From Tricharina praecox (Eukaryota): DNA of 64,000 bases. The DNA lies in assembly GCF_024521635.1 (NCBI RefSeq), contig NW_026250409.1:372001-436000 (forward strand). The letters run 5' to 3'. Positions within the stretch are counted from its first letter, which is position 1; every line of letters begins with the position of its first letter. The translations under genes and the position numbers were made by a program. The notes below the pieces were generated by a model. It saw nothing but the letters and a program-made list of their open reading frames with translations. It searched no databases and was not told the origin of the DNA. Below, in pieces: positions 24,398 through 37,075 of this stretch.

Positions 24398-27300
24398 CTA
24401 GAGTTCGGCTTCGTGTTGAGTGGCGGCTTCGGCCTGAGGCAGGTGCGGCTTCGGAGGAGGAGTAGCAGGTGGTTGTGGTGGTGAACGCGACCGCACAGTA
24501 GACAACCCATGCGTTGAAGCGGCATAAGTAGAGGACGAAGCAGGAGAAGAAGTAGTAATGTGATCAGGAGAAGCGCAGGGTGCGGGGTCGGAGGAAAGAA
24601 CGGGTGCGGGAGCATCGATAGGAGGTTCCATTCCGAATTGGGGAGTCGGCGTAGGAGCTTGAGTCGGTTCTGGAGCTGGTGTAGGAGCTGGAGCTGGTTC
24701 TAGAGTTGTTGCTGGAGCAGCGATAGGATCTTCCCTGGATTGCAGAGTTGGAGTGGGAGCTCGAGCAGGAGAAGTAGCTGAAGCGGTGGTAGGGGCTCGA
24801 GCAGCACCATTAGCCGGAGCTAGATTTAGAGCTGAAACGGTAGTAAGAGTAGGCATGGGGGGAGGAACAGGTGCAAGCGCAGCCATAGGAGGCTCCGCCA
24901 TGAACTGAGGAGAGACGACCCAGCGGCCCCCTCCGACATAATATCTCGGGCTCGGTCCCGAAGACGATGGCGCCGCCGGTGACGGATGCACCATAGCCGC
25001 CGTGAACTGGGAACTCGGGCTCGAATTGGGAGGGAGTGACGGGGCTGTGGAAAGAGGTGAGTGGACAACCGGTGCGGGAGCCATCGTATTCGGACTAGGA
25101 GCACGGTAGGTAGGACGAGGGGGGAAGCCGTAGTTTGGTGGAGGGAAAGAAGGTGGCGGTGGTTGCGGTGGTCGTGGCGAACCAATCGAAATTGAAGGAA
25201 GAAGCCCACCATTGGCCGAGTGTTGCGCCCAACCAAGCCTTTCCTCCGTTGGTTGAGCATCCAAGATTTGTGATGGTGGAGCTTTTGGCGGCGAATTACC
25301 ATGGGCGCTGTCAACGCCATTTGTTGGAGGACCACGGATGTCCATGCGAGTCCCTTTTGGTCTACCCGGGTTCGTTGTTGGAGGCTGGTACCTGTGAGCT
25401 GCCTGGTCGGCTACCTGTTTGTCGACTCGGAAAGAGTACAGGGGCTTTGAGTCTCTAGGGCGGCCACGCTTCTTACGCGGCGGCTCGCGCGGACGTCCAT
25501 CTGCCCGTGAATTCGTTTGTCCGTCCGGACTCAAACGGGAAACCCCCTGGGAGCTAATTCCATAGCCCATGTTATGTGCTGTGAAGGTAGCTGCTGCGCC
25601 CGACATCGGTGCAGCGGAGGCGGTGGACTCGAAGGATATTAATCCGCCGTACACTGGACCATACAGACCAGGAATTGGTGTCCCACCATATGAACCAGAT
25701 GCTGATGGCCCACCGTTTGATCCAAGGATTGTTGTCTCATGTGCTAGGTGGGGGAGAGTCCGACGTTTCGCCTGATTTTCAGATATCTCGGGAGTAGCGA
25801 CTGCCAATACCGCCCTTTCGCCCAGTGCCGTAGACGGATGCATTTCGGACACCGCATCATCCACCGGTGATGTGGGAGGCAGGACTCTCGCCGATTTTTC
25901 GCTATAGTCGAAGTCGAGGGTAGGGAAAGGATTTAATGCTTCCTCATCACCGATGATAACACCGGACATCATTTCTCCAGTATCCGGGCCAGGCGTTGAG
26001 AGCTTTGAGGTTACTTCTAGAGGATCTAAGCCAGGCGTTGTAGGTTCAGTTGATACTCTTCCGTCGTCCAAGCCACGTTGCAAAGAAGGGATATCCAATC
26101 TGTTGGCCTGGTTTGTTGTTTCGCCTCCTAGGACATCGAAATCTCCATCGTACACTGAGTCGGTATCTTGTGGCGAGGACGGCTCATCGGATTGCTGGGA
26201 GGCGAGAACTATGTAAGTCAGCAAATTATCCCCACATCTAACCCTCATCTTCCCAAAAAGTAGGCGAACTAGGTACAGCATAGGAAGAGCCCCCAGGAAA
26301 AAGAGCTACCTCCAGGCAAAGAAGAAATAAAAGAATGGGGTGGGGAGAAAAAAAGAAGAAAAAAGACCGGTGGTTAGAAACAAAAATTAAAATTCGCAAA
26401 AAAAATAATCTTCATCCTCGCCTCCCCCGCCTACAACTCACCCAGTTGTTCCTCCTCGGTATCTTCTGCGTCCCTTGAGAGCGGTCCACTCTGGGCCACG
26501 ACCCCGTTGGCAGGCGTCCCCAAAGTCAGCAACCCCTCGAGAGCATAGTGCTCAAGAGTGGTTCTTGCGTCCGATATACGGAACTGACCTGGGTTCGCCA
26601 GGTCCAACGGGTAATCGCGCACCAGGTTCTCTGGGTGGTGAGCCCCGCTCATCCCGACCATGTAGGTCCCCCACATCTCCGGATCGTGGTTCTCGTCCGC
26701 ATTGCTGTCGTCCGGAACCACCTCCATCGCCACGTACTGCACCTTCCGGGGAGGGGCGGCCAAATCCCCATCCCCCCTTCTCTTCTTCCGAGGAGAAGGC
26801 CCCGAGAGTTCTCTCTCCTCAACGGGTAGGCTTCCCTTCTGGTGCTTGTCGTGCGGGGTGAGCGGCCTGTCGGGGGATGAGTCCGACAGGTGCGACGAGT
26901 CGTCTCGTTCGAGCTGGGTAGTGACCTCCCAAAGCACGCTCCGCAACCGGGTCATTGCCGTCGGCAAGAACTTGCGGTCGTAGAGTCCCCCGTTGGTGCG
27001 GTTGCTTATCTGAGGACGTTCGAAGGGGGAACGATCCCACCCTTCGCCGTCCTCAAACGCAAGGATCAGATCGACCCGGGAGACATCATTGATGTCTCCC
27101 AGGCCGGTCTTCTCCAACACACGCAACAGAAGCGCCAAATGGCCCGTGCCTCTGAGGTCACTCATCGGGGCCCCTGATCGCAGGAAATCCCGGATGCAGT
27201 GGTCCACCCGCTCTTCGAGGTATCTCTACAGGAAGAGGTTAGTCATACAAGGAAAAGAAAGGGAAAATCGATCGAGTATGCAAGTCGTCACTCACCTCGC

Positions 27301-28252
27301 ATTCCTCCCTCCGCTGCTGGATCATCCCAGCAAGCTCGGTATCGAGAGCTTTCTGCTCCATCCCCCGATCCCGCTCCATCCGAGCCATCTGCTTCGTCTC
27401 GTTCGTGGCCAGCTGCTGGAGGATATTCTGATACCAGTCTGTCGACTGGATCTCCTTCCGAGCCGCCGCACCGAGTGCTTTAGCAGTCTCGTTGCCACGC
27501 TTCAGGTTTCGACCGACCATGACGGCTCCAGCCCCTCTATAAAATGCTCCCAGATCCGCCTGTCGAGCACGGATCTGGGCGAGGGTGAGTTTCTTCGGAC
27601 TACCTTGCATCAATGCCCCCTTCAAGCCTCGCGGCTTGGTAGGTGGCGCAAAGATGCTGTAGTCCTGCACCGTCAGGTTAAGATCAAGGGAAGGGTCTGC
27701 CAGTATATCGGCCCCCTTTCCACGGGATCCACCATTTATGGTCGGCCTACTCCCTTTCGCAACGGGCTCCTCCTCCGGGAATCCGCGCTTGCGCTTCCTG
27801 CTCATCGCCGAGATTTCCGCCGCCGCTGCCGCCACCGCCGCCACGAGTGGTCGCCCACAACTCACTTCCGCCAGAGCACTTGGGCTCCCATTCATCGCGA
27901 GACCGGAAAGGTCAGATCTTAGGCTTCCTTGAACCCTTGGGCCATCGGCACTCTTCTCCGCGGAGTCTTCTCTCGATCTCTTGAACCTCTCGCTCTCCAA
28001 CATGTCGGCGGCAGAACTCTTCCTCTTCCGAAGGTTCGCTTGCATTGGTAAAGGTCCGGAAGGCTGTGGACCCAACGCACTCCTTGGAGGCTGGCTGCCG
28101 ATAGACGTATTCCCTACTTCGGGGGTCTCCAATGCTTGTCCAGGCGCGGCATTCTCACGAACTGACGGGGTAGACTGCCCACGTCCACGTCCACCACGGC
28201 CACGTCCCCGGCCACGTCCCCGACCGCGACCTGATCCTCTTGGTCGGCTCAT
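24398..28252 (-). CDS. Hypothetical, probably nuclear protein (RG repeat, coiled coil, AT-hook-like motifs, Pro-rich tail), ~1183 aa, 3 coding exons
   Basis: Exons 28252-27296, 27225-26442, 26208-24398 (3552 nt); both introns have GTGAGT donors and TAG acceptors and join three long ORFs in phase. Motifs RGRGRGRGRG, RKRK NLS-like, KKRGRPR, PGRPKG. A CTAAC...CAG acceptor lies 10 nt before the ATG (5'UTR intron). Confidence 0.82.
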
Positions 28253-31200
28253 TGTATCGATACTGGTGGAAGGATTCGATGTTAGTTTGATGGACGCCAT
28301 CACGGAACCCAAACACGACGGATAATCAATAAATGAGAGAGCAAAGAACGCCGTTGATCCAGACATATGTCCAAAACAGGCTGTGCCAGTGACGTCCCCG
28401 TAAGAATATTAGATGACGGCGATCATGCGAGAAGGCAAGATCCGCAAACGCAGGGCAACGACGGAGTGGGTACTTATTTAAAAGGGATATCGAGGGTAGA
28501 AGAAAAAAAGGACAGGGTAAGGGAAGATAGTTCCGCGGTAACCGAAAAGAGCGAAAGGAACAGATGGGTAGAGGAACTTAAAACAGATTGCGATGGGGAT
28601 AGGGAAGACGGGGGCAAACAGAGAAGAAAAGAAGAAGAAAGGAAGAAGGAGTAGAAGAAGGAGAAGGAGAAGATGAAGAAGATGAAGGGACGAAGAAGAT
28701 CGAAAATAAGGTATGTACGCACCGAAGTATCCTTGATATTTATGGTATATCACACCCTTCTCTGCAGTAACGGTGAACTGCTGGAACTCGAACGCAAGAA
28801 TGCTGAGTTAAAAACACACCGTCAGCCCACAAGTCTTTGAAGCCTTCCGGCGAATAAAATCATTCAATTAAAGGCTGCCGCTGAGTAGCAGGGTTGAAAT
28901 GATGTGGGTATTGTTTGCAGCGGGGAGGGGGAGAGGGGAGGGGAGAGTTGATGATGTTGGAAGGGGAGGACGTGAGTCGATTGCAGAGAGGAATTCGCTG
29001 ATGACAGCAACCATGCAGTGCCATAGGACGAAAGAATAAACACAGAATAGCTTGATAACAAGCTGGATAGAGGAGGCGGTGAAAACAAACAGCGAGACCG
29101 AGAATCTCTGGGGAACACGAACTGCTTACCTTGGATCCGAAAATGTGGGAGGGAGAGAGAAAGCTGGCGAAAACGCGTGCTGATTCCGGAGAGAAGTAGG
29201 GAAGAAAGGAAGGAAGGAAGGTAGAGAAGTAGAGGAGGAGAGGTAAAGAGGTAACAGCGGAAAAGTCGATCGTGCAGAAGCAGAAAAACTTTGGGAGTGG
29301 GTCTCGATGTGTCGATGTGTCGATGTGTCGAGAAGGGGATGTGTGGAGAAGAAGAGAAGAGAAGAAGAGAGGGAGGTGAAGCCAGAGAAAGTTATAGGGA
29401 GAGAGGGGGGGTGAGAGAGGGGAGGCTAGTAAAATGTGTGAAGGCCGAGCTTTGAATATTTGAAGTTGAAGATGAAGCTCCGTCAGTAACTAGCACTTGC
29501 GAGGGACCACGCCGTTGAGCCGCAAGTTCCCCCAGTAAACTAGTCCGTTAGGGCGGGAGCCGCGAGTGTCACTCAGTACGATACAAGCCTTTTCCCGGGG
29601 GGTTTTGGCGAATTTGTAGCTGCTGTTGCCGCAGCCGCGGAGTGAGGGTCAGTCAAAAAGAAGAATGGAGGTTGCATGTAGGTATGTAATTGGAACAAGC
29701 GTGCGAGCAGCCTTCCTGGTGGGAGGGGGGTGGGGGGCCCATGCCATGGCAATTGCCATCATCCTCCCGAACGCAAAGCGTCTGGTGCGTGTATGCAAGC
29801 CCACTCGATCCCCCATCGCCCCCCTTCCGCACACCCGGAACAGCACACGGCGGAGGCGATTCGAGAGAGCGGGACGGAATTAATCAGGAGGGAAAATCAT
29901 CACTCACCAGCCACTGCGCTCCGCTTTACTTTCGTTGGGGACGCAGATCAGGTTGTGCGGTGAGATCGTTGTTGCACGCCCAACTGCAACCCAACGACCC
30001 CGGCGCAGAGTTTAGGTGTCAGTAACCAGAGGTAAATTAATAAAGTAAGCAAGCACCGCAATAAATTCGACGACCGCTGACGCGCTGAGCAGAATTCTCG
30101 GGTGGGCTTGCGGACGGGGACGGGGCAAATCGTGGAAATTGGCGATTCTTCAGGTCCGAGATTGGGTTCGCTCCTTCTTCTTTCCCGCCGAGCAAGTTGG
30201 AGGTGTAAGATGTACTTTAGGTATATATTTGTTAATAGTGTACGGTACCATAGGGCAGAGGGAGTCACATAGTTTGAGTCGATACCCAGATTCAAGTACA
30301 CACGCCAAGCCGACGATTTCGGTGAAAACGCAATTCTTCAGCAGCGAAAAGACTCACGATCGATGGCTGCCGGATCCGAACGTGCGATTCGAGTGCCGGC
30401 ATCACGTACGTACATAGGGTCCGAGGCGAAGCACGCTCGTCACAGGATGAGGATCCCGAAGACCGGAGAGGAATCAAAGGGGCTGAGATGTCAAAGATGC
30501 GTGGAGGCAATGGGAAAATACGATGGAGACCGTCCTCACCGTGGTGGGGATCGAAGGATACGAGGTATGTTGCATGCATACCACCATCACCATCACAACC
30601 ACGGTCCCGAATCCGTCAAAAGACGCGGCTTTCCTTTCAAATGCATGGCACACGAGCACGAAGTCCCCTCCGTGTTCTCGAAGATTCCTACGGCTGATGG
30701 CTTTCGTCCGCACACAAAACATGAGGTGCGTGTCGTGCTGCTTCTCGGTCTCCAGCTGCCTGGCGACCCGCTGTCGGTTGTGCACGTCGACGACGGAGAC
30801 GAAGGGTTGTCTGGAAGGTTTGAAGCCTAAATATGGACGGCGAGAGACCCAAAAACGGGTGTGAAGGATCAAAAACGTGATCAATTCAAAGCAAAATCTA
30901 AGGGCAATGATGATGATACAAGGTGATGATCTGATGAGAACCAAAGACCGACAATAGGCAGACAGGAGTAGTGACAACAGAGACAGATAAACGTTGAATT
31001 CTCCAGAACGGATCCCACCAGATCTCAATAAGGTCTCCTCTCTTCGGCGCCCACCGATGACACCAAGCCGCCTTGCGCCCCTCAAGTTTCAACGGGGCCC
31101 TATCGGATACGTGGGCGGCGGTGCGAGGTAGTCATAGTACATATCATACATACCATATACTCCCTTCCGGGTCACTATATTTGATCCTTCAATCCATCGT

Positions 31201-32491
31201 GATATCGCTCAAGAACAGCCGAAACTCAAAGACGCGGGGAGCAGCTGCTACATAGTCGTCACCTTCATGCTCCCGCGGGCCAGGCCTCTCACCACTAGTT
31301 AATAACTACGGTAGTTAGTGAGCATTACGCTTACCGACGTAACCAAGCGTCGCCGCATCGGCTGCGTCGGCTGCATCGGCGGGGGCACATGACTTGCCGA
31401 AAAGGAAAAAAAATCCATCTCGGCGCGCACGGGATTCCTCGGCAGGATCGGTCGACCCGAGAGAGAGAGAGAGACGGAACGCGCACACATCCAACGATAT
31501 ACCTAGCTGCTCCGCCTTTTTCCTTAAGGACACGTTCAGCAGTCATGGGCCCAGCAGATGGATGGATGGATGGCATGCGGCCGGGAACGGTGGCGGTGGC
31601 GGACACGAATGGCGGTCATCGGAGGAGGAGAATCGTGATGTTGTGGGTACGGTATGTAACAGAGGCTTTGGGCGATCTCGGTCGAGAATCCAGTCGTGCC
31701 CAAGTCTACCTATTTCGGAACCCGTACATACATTAAGTAAGCACATATTTCCGCAGTTCCATACCGTAAACAAAGCCCTCGCCTTCACCTGTAAATAATC
31801 ACAATCTCCCGAGTCCCGACCGCCCGCTTCAATCCATCCAGCGGACCACCGTTGTGGGGAGGAAACACCGCACATCCTGAAACGCCGATCATGATGGAGT
31901 CAGAACAGCGAACAGCGAACCCAAATCGGAACATGCCGGAAACGGTATTACATGCAGCAGGCAGCAGGTGCCAGGCGAACCGTAAGCGCGCCACGCCACG
32001 CCCAGCCAGGCATATCATCCCTCAACGAAGCGCATAACAGTTATGTAGAGTACAGATCAGCAAAAGCAAGAAAGCAACGCGTTCGATATCAAAAAAAATT
32101 ATATGTCCGCCGTCAAGACGCGAGCCGTTGAACAGTCGAGAAAGCCCTCTCCGAAAACTCGAATCCATGGAGATAACACACACATGAGGAAACCCCAACC
32201 CCCAGCCCCGGTCCCCCCACACCGATGGCACGTCACGCGCTCTCACTCGTGTCGCGCATTTCCCTCTCTCTCGCTCTAACGTACGATAGGAAATATCGTA
32301 GGCATGCAGGCCCAAATCAGCATTTACCGTGTATCTACATTACTGGGCCAGGCCAGGGCGGAGAACAAGGAAAGCCACACCTGACTGCTCGACGAAAGTC
32401 GGGTTAGACAGTGGCGTGGAAACGGAGTGTTTACAGTGGGCGGACATTGCCATGATCCAGATAGGTCGCAAGCAATTAACGATTAAGCAAA

Positions 32492-33234
32492 CGGCAAACG
32501 TCTATAATGCCATAGTTTTTTCCGACGTTTCGACCCCACCACCACGAAAACCCACCATACCACGAAAACCCACCACACCACGAAAACACCCGTCTACTGA
32601 AGGAACATTAGCCACTCGTGCAAATGTCTACGCCGAGTTCTTCCGACCGCGATTACTTTGTGCAAACATACAAAACCAAAGGCAATCATCCAGGCATACT
32701 GGTTTTGCAAGGGCTTTTTGCCAATGCCTCTCCGGGCCGGAAAGCGACGGGTTAAGAGAATGAGAACACACAAGGAGAAAGAGGAGATGGTGGTTGATCG
32801 TCTATTATAGATGATGATCCAACAAGAATAAGAAGAAGAAGAAGAAGAAGAAGAAGACTCCGCCATGGCCGCCAACGTTGATTCCCACCAACGTTGATGC
32901 CCACCGCTACTAACCACATTCAGTTGCTCCCGCCGACGGGAGTCCTCCTTCACCGTATTTTCATCTGTCTTTTCACGTATTTCCTGGCATTTTGATATTT
33001 GGGACGGCTTATGGCAGTCGATGACACGTTCATGAGGGGGAGAGGAGCTATTAGGCACCTATTGACCATCCGGCGGTGACCTATCCAAAAAAAACAGTCG
33101 AAAAAACTCCAGTGCGCAGCCATTTGCGTGAATGGCTAATGTCGTCGAGTAGACGAGTGTTTGAGTGGTGGTGGGTTTGAGTGGTGGTGGGGTCGAAACG
33201 TCGGAAAAAACTATGGCATTATAGACGTTTGCCG
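32492..33234. mobile_element. Non-autonomous Mutator-like element (MULE MITE), 743 bp
   Basis: Perfect 54-bp TIRs (32492-32545 / 33181-33234, cggcaaacgtctataatgccatagttttttccgacgtttcgaccccaccaccac) that extend imperfectly to ~150 bp. Flanked by ttaagcaaa (32483-32491) and ttaaacaaa (33235-33243), a 9-bp TSD with one mismatch. Confidence 0.9.
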
Positions 33235-34952
33235 TTAAACAAATAAAACGATAAGAATATCAAAGAACCTCCCAGCGCTGTGGGAAGCCGCAAGCGCCCC
33301 ACTTCACTTGTTTTTTGTCCAGCTCTCGTCTCCTCTTGGACGTGCCGTCTCGCTGCCGCTGCCGCCGCGCGGTCTCCCACGAGTCACGACCGGCGCTCAC
33401 GAGTCTGTCTCAGAGCTTGCTTTGACGTTCGCTAGGTAGGGTTGCTAAGCTATTATCCTCAGACATAGCTGTGTTGAATCGGTCCAACCGAGGCGGGGGG
33501 TAAATATATTGTAAATACCATTGCTATGGTATTTGTTGCTGCACCGTGAGCGCGCACTGCGTCTTGGTTGCGTTGCGTCGGTGCTGTATTCACAGCGCGT
33601 CACTCATGAATCCCGATTCCCGAAACCTTGCAGTAAACTATCTATGCGCCCATCGTCAACGCCATATTTCGCAGGTATGTAGTGTGTACTATACACACAT
33701 ACATACATCGAGAAGGTCTGCGGCCCTGCTCGAAGTTCTTGGTCATCCGCTGGAGTTCTTGATTGGCTATTGGCAAGGGCACGGCTGTGTATTTGTGTAC
33801 AACAAACCAACCAACCGTCCAGGAAACTTTCTTGAGCTTTTGCTGCCTGAAACCTTGAGCACAGAGGTGTGCAAGTGCTCATCGGTGATCTGGAAGTAAA
33901 ACGGACGCTAACGGCGAGGATGGGACCGGTGACAGGGACAGGGACGAGGACGAGAGGGGAGTAGTTCTTTGGAGCTGGCGGTGTCGTTTGCTGTATGTAT
34001 TTACCGGCGGGCTTCAGGTGTTGGTGGGATGTACGCATATTATATGGTAGATGGCATGGTATACCGTACAGTAGCAACGGCCTCGAGGATATTTGGATCC
34101 AAGAAATCTATTTCCCGAATGGTGGTAACCCAAACAACGGGGCCGTTCTGCTCACGCTTCACAACCCATCACATCGATCTCCACCGCGCCGGCAGAATCC
34201 CGCGGCTGTTACCTAAGGAAACTGATAAACGAGCTCCCGCTACCGAGCTTGCTAGCCACAACTGCATAGGAGAGAACCTGGCTCCTCAACTTCCGGCTTT
34301 ATCGTCACCAGCTAAACCAACTAACTATTAGTCCATCTCGTTGATGGGGCTTGGCAGGGGTAACTAAGTAGACTTCACGAAGAAAGTTTCTCTTCGCCAT
34401 CTCTCATCTTGATCTTCAGCATATGTAGAAGACTCCTGCTTGTCGGTGATGATGTTTGCGCGGTGGATGTAGGACTGCTGGGAATGGGTACATACTACCA
34501 GTAGTAGGTCGACCGTACATGGTATGGCGAGTATCATACGACCGCCACCAGCGGGTATTGCAAACACTACCCATCACCCTTCGATCCCTCCCCCTTCACG
34601 CCATACCCGGGATCGATCCGAATCGTAAAAGGAAAGGGACGCGCAACACGCTTGTGTATATACCAGGAAACGGTCGAGTAGTACCGTAGGTTTTCGCCAG
34701 CGTGGACGCTACCTGCTTTTCTATTCCCGGTCCTGCCTGATGGAACCACAACGCGCAGGCTGGTAATTTGCGATGGGCGGGAAAGTAAAGTACTTAAAAA
34801 CGCATCGCCCTCCCTTCGGATCCACGGCCATCGTCTTGTCTTGTCTTCCCAGCCGTTCGTTCCTTCATCGTCGTCGTCGTGCAATCAATCAATCCGGGTT
34901 TCTTCTGCCTCTAATTATACACCTTCGTTCGATACTCCGACCAAAACGCAAA

Positions 34953-35651
34953 ATGCTCGCCCGCTCGCTCCTCGTCCTCCTCGGCGCCTCGACCGCCCTG
35001 GTCGCCGCAACGGTTCCCACCTGTGTCACCAGCTGCAAGGAAACTTACAACGACTCCTCCAAGGCCGAACTGGAGGCCGAGGCTGTTTGTCCTTCCCATC
35101 CCCTCCATCCCCTCATCCTCCCGCTGACCGCAACAGTGCATTGAGAAATACGCCTCCGTCGCCGACTACGGCGAGCAGCTCGAGCAGACCGCAGCCTGCA
35201 TCAAGGTCTCGTCCGTATTCGTCGCCATCGACGACTGCATCCTGAGCACCTGTTCGACAGATGATCTGTGAGCCACCCCTCCCATCCCTTCTGCTATCCC
35301 CAACTGACCCACGGAACCCACAGCGCGCTCTACGCCTCCGAGGCCGTCGAGGCGATCAAGACTTACGACTCGACGCTGATCGACATCATCTCGACCGCTG
35401 TGCCGCTGCCATCTGCCGCGCCCGCGGCCGGCGCCAAGGTCAAGCGCCACAATGGCGAGGACCACTCCGAGAGCGCCAGTGCGAGCGCGAGTGCATCGTA
35501 CGTGTCCGCGTCCGCCACTGCCGTCGAGGAGGACGCGGTCGCGAGCGCGAGTGCCAGTGCAGTCGAGCTCTCCGAGAACGCCGGTGGGCGTGTACGCGCG
35601 GGCGTGGCGGCGGGTATGGTTGGTCTGCTGGCCGCCGCGGTGATGCTGTAG
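34953..35651 (+). CDS. Small secreted Cys-rich, probably GPI-anchored protein (CFEM-like layout), 196 aa, 3 exons
   Basis: Exons 34953-35084, 35137-35267, 35324-35651 (591 nt). Signal peptide MLARSLLVLLGASTALVAA, six Cys, Ser/Ala-rich stalk, C-terminal ENAGGRVRAGVAAGMVGLLAAAVML GPI-type signal. Confidence 0.85.
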
Positions 35652-36814
35652 GCGGCGTTGGTTATACTTTTCCCCACCCAGCTCCGTGGCGGTTTTGCGA
35701 GGGAGCGAGCGAGCGCACCCACGCACGGAATTCTCCCAGCATTGAGAACAGTCATGTACATACACTACCTCTAGTATACCTGTTAGTCTTGTGTAGATAA
35801 ATAATACCTAATGCCCTCCTCCCTCCTTCCTCCTCCCCTTCTCCCCTGAGTTTCCCAGAAAACTCGAAGAAGCCATATGTGATCCCTCTTCTCGGAGGAT
35901 TTAATTCCAGCACGTGGGGCAGCTGGCATGGCTGGCTGCCTGGCGGGTCGGGATTCGGAAGGCCACGCGATCACTAGCGAGTTTCAGACCCCGGCATATA
36001 TGTAGCCGGCCCCCCGGGCTCTCCCCTCCCCCCTTTTGGTGGGAATTGGTGCCGGGTGGAGTCCTGTCAGGAAGAGCTTCCTGATTCTGATGCTTCGACG
36101 GGGACTTCCCTGTGGGTATAGAAACTATATAGAGTGCTGTAGAGTGTGTAGAGTGCGTTACCAACGGGAAAAAAGACTGCGATTCCGCTAGATACTCATG
36201 GATACCAACTCATATCGCAATCCCTCCCTATATACGCTACCAGTACATAGGTGGGTATGTAACTACCCCTTGGGGATAGGTGGAGATAGGTGGGGATAGG
36301 AGACGACGCCCCCCACGACGATATGTAGAGAACATATGATACATAGAGTGAGCCGATTATGCTCCGGTTAAGCATGGCCCGTCACTCGCGCACGACCTCC
36401 TCCGACAATACCGTAAGCATCCGAAGTTCCGAATCCACCCACCGTGCACGTAGTACAACCCACATTACAACCCACAGCCTAAAGCCTACAGGTCGGCCCT
36501 TCGGATAGCTACATAGGCTACATAGGCGGAGGCGGGGGGCAATGGGGGGTAATGGGAACTCGCGGGCAGCGGTCGGGGACAGTGGGGACTCGGAAGGAAC
36601 AGGATACGTATTATACATAACGGTCACGATCCAACAACGTCGAATGATCAAACAACAAACAAAAGAACCAGCCCATATGCAGGGGCGGATACGGTACCTC
36701 CAGTACGATCAGACAGAAAACAAAACAAACAAAACAAAACCCAGACCAGACCACACAGACCAACGTCGAGACTCGACACCGGTGGGGCGGAGCGAGAGAA
36801 GGGCCTGTCGGCGA

Positions 36815-37075
36815 GAAGAGGACCTGTTGGCGGGAGAAAACGACTGGTTAGTATTTAGTGGGCATCAACGTTGGCGGCCATGGCGGCTATGGCGGGATCG
36901 TCTTCTTCCACTTCTTCCTCGATCATCATCTACAGAAGACCTAGACAATCAACCACCATCTCCTCCGAGCTCTTTCTCCTTGAAACTTGTGTGTTCTCCT
37001 TCCCTCGAGTCCTCGACCCGCCGATTTCCTGCCTGGGGGCTGGAGAGGCGTTGACAAAGAGCCCTCGCAAAACCG
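36815..37075 (-). repeat. Dispersed repeat homologous to the MULE internal segment (32701-32950)
   Basis: The reverse complement shares ggttttgc.agggct.tttg.caa.gcctctcc, gagaacacacaag, gaggagatggtggttgat.gtcta, tagatgatgatc, cgccatggccgccaacgttgat, tactaacca and ctcccgcc.ac in order. Confidence 0.85.

Noticed and set aside
6405..29480. 17-bp match agttgaagatgaagctc at ~6405 and ~29464
   Set aside because: Flanks do not align, and one such match is plausible by chance in 64 kb.
33546..34331. Short ORFs with a GTATGT donor-like site
   Set aside because: No consistent exon chain or recognisable family could be built.
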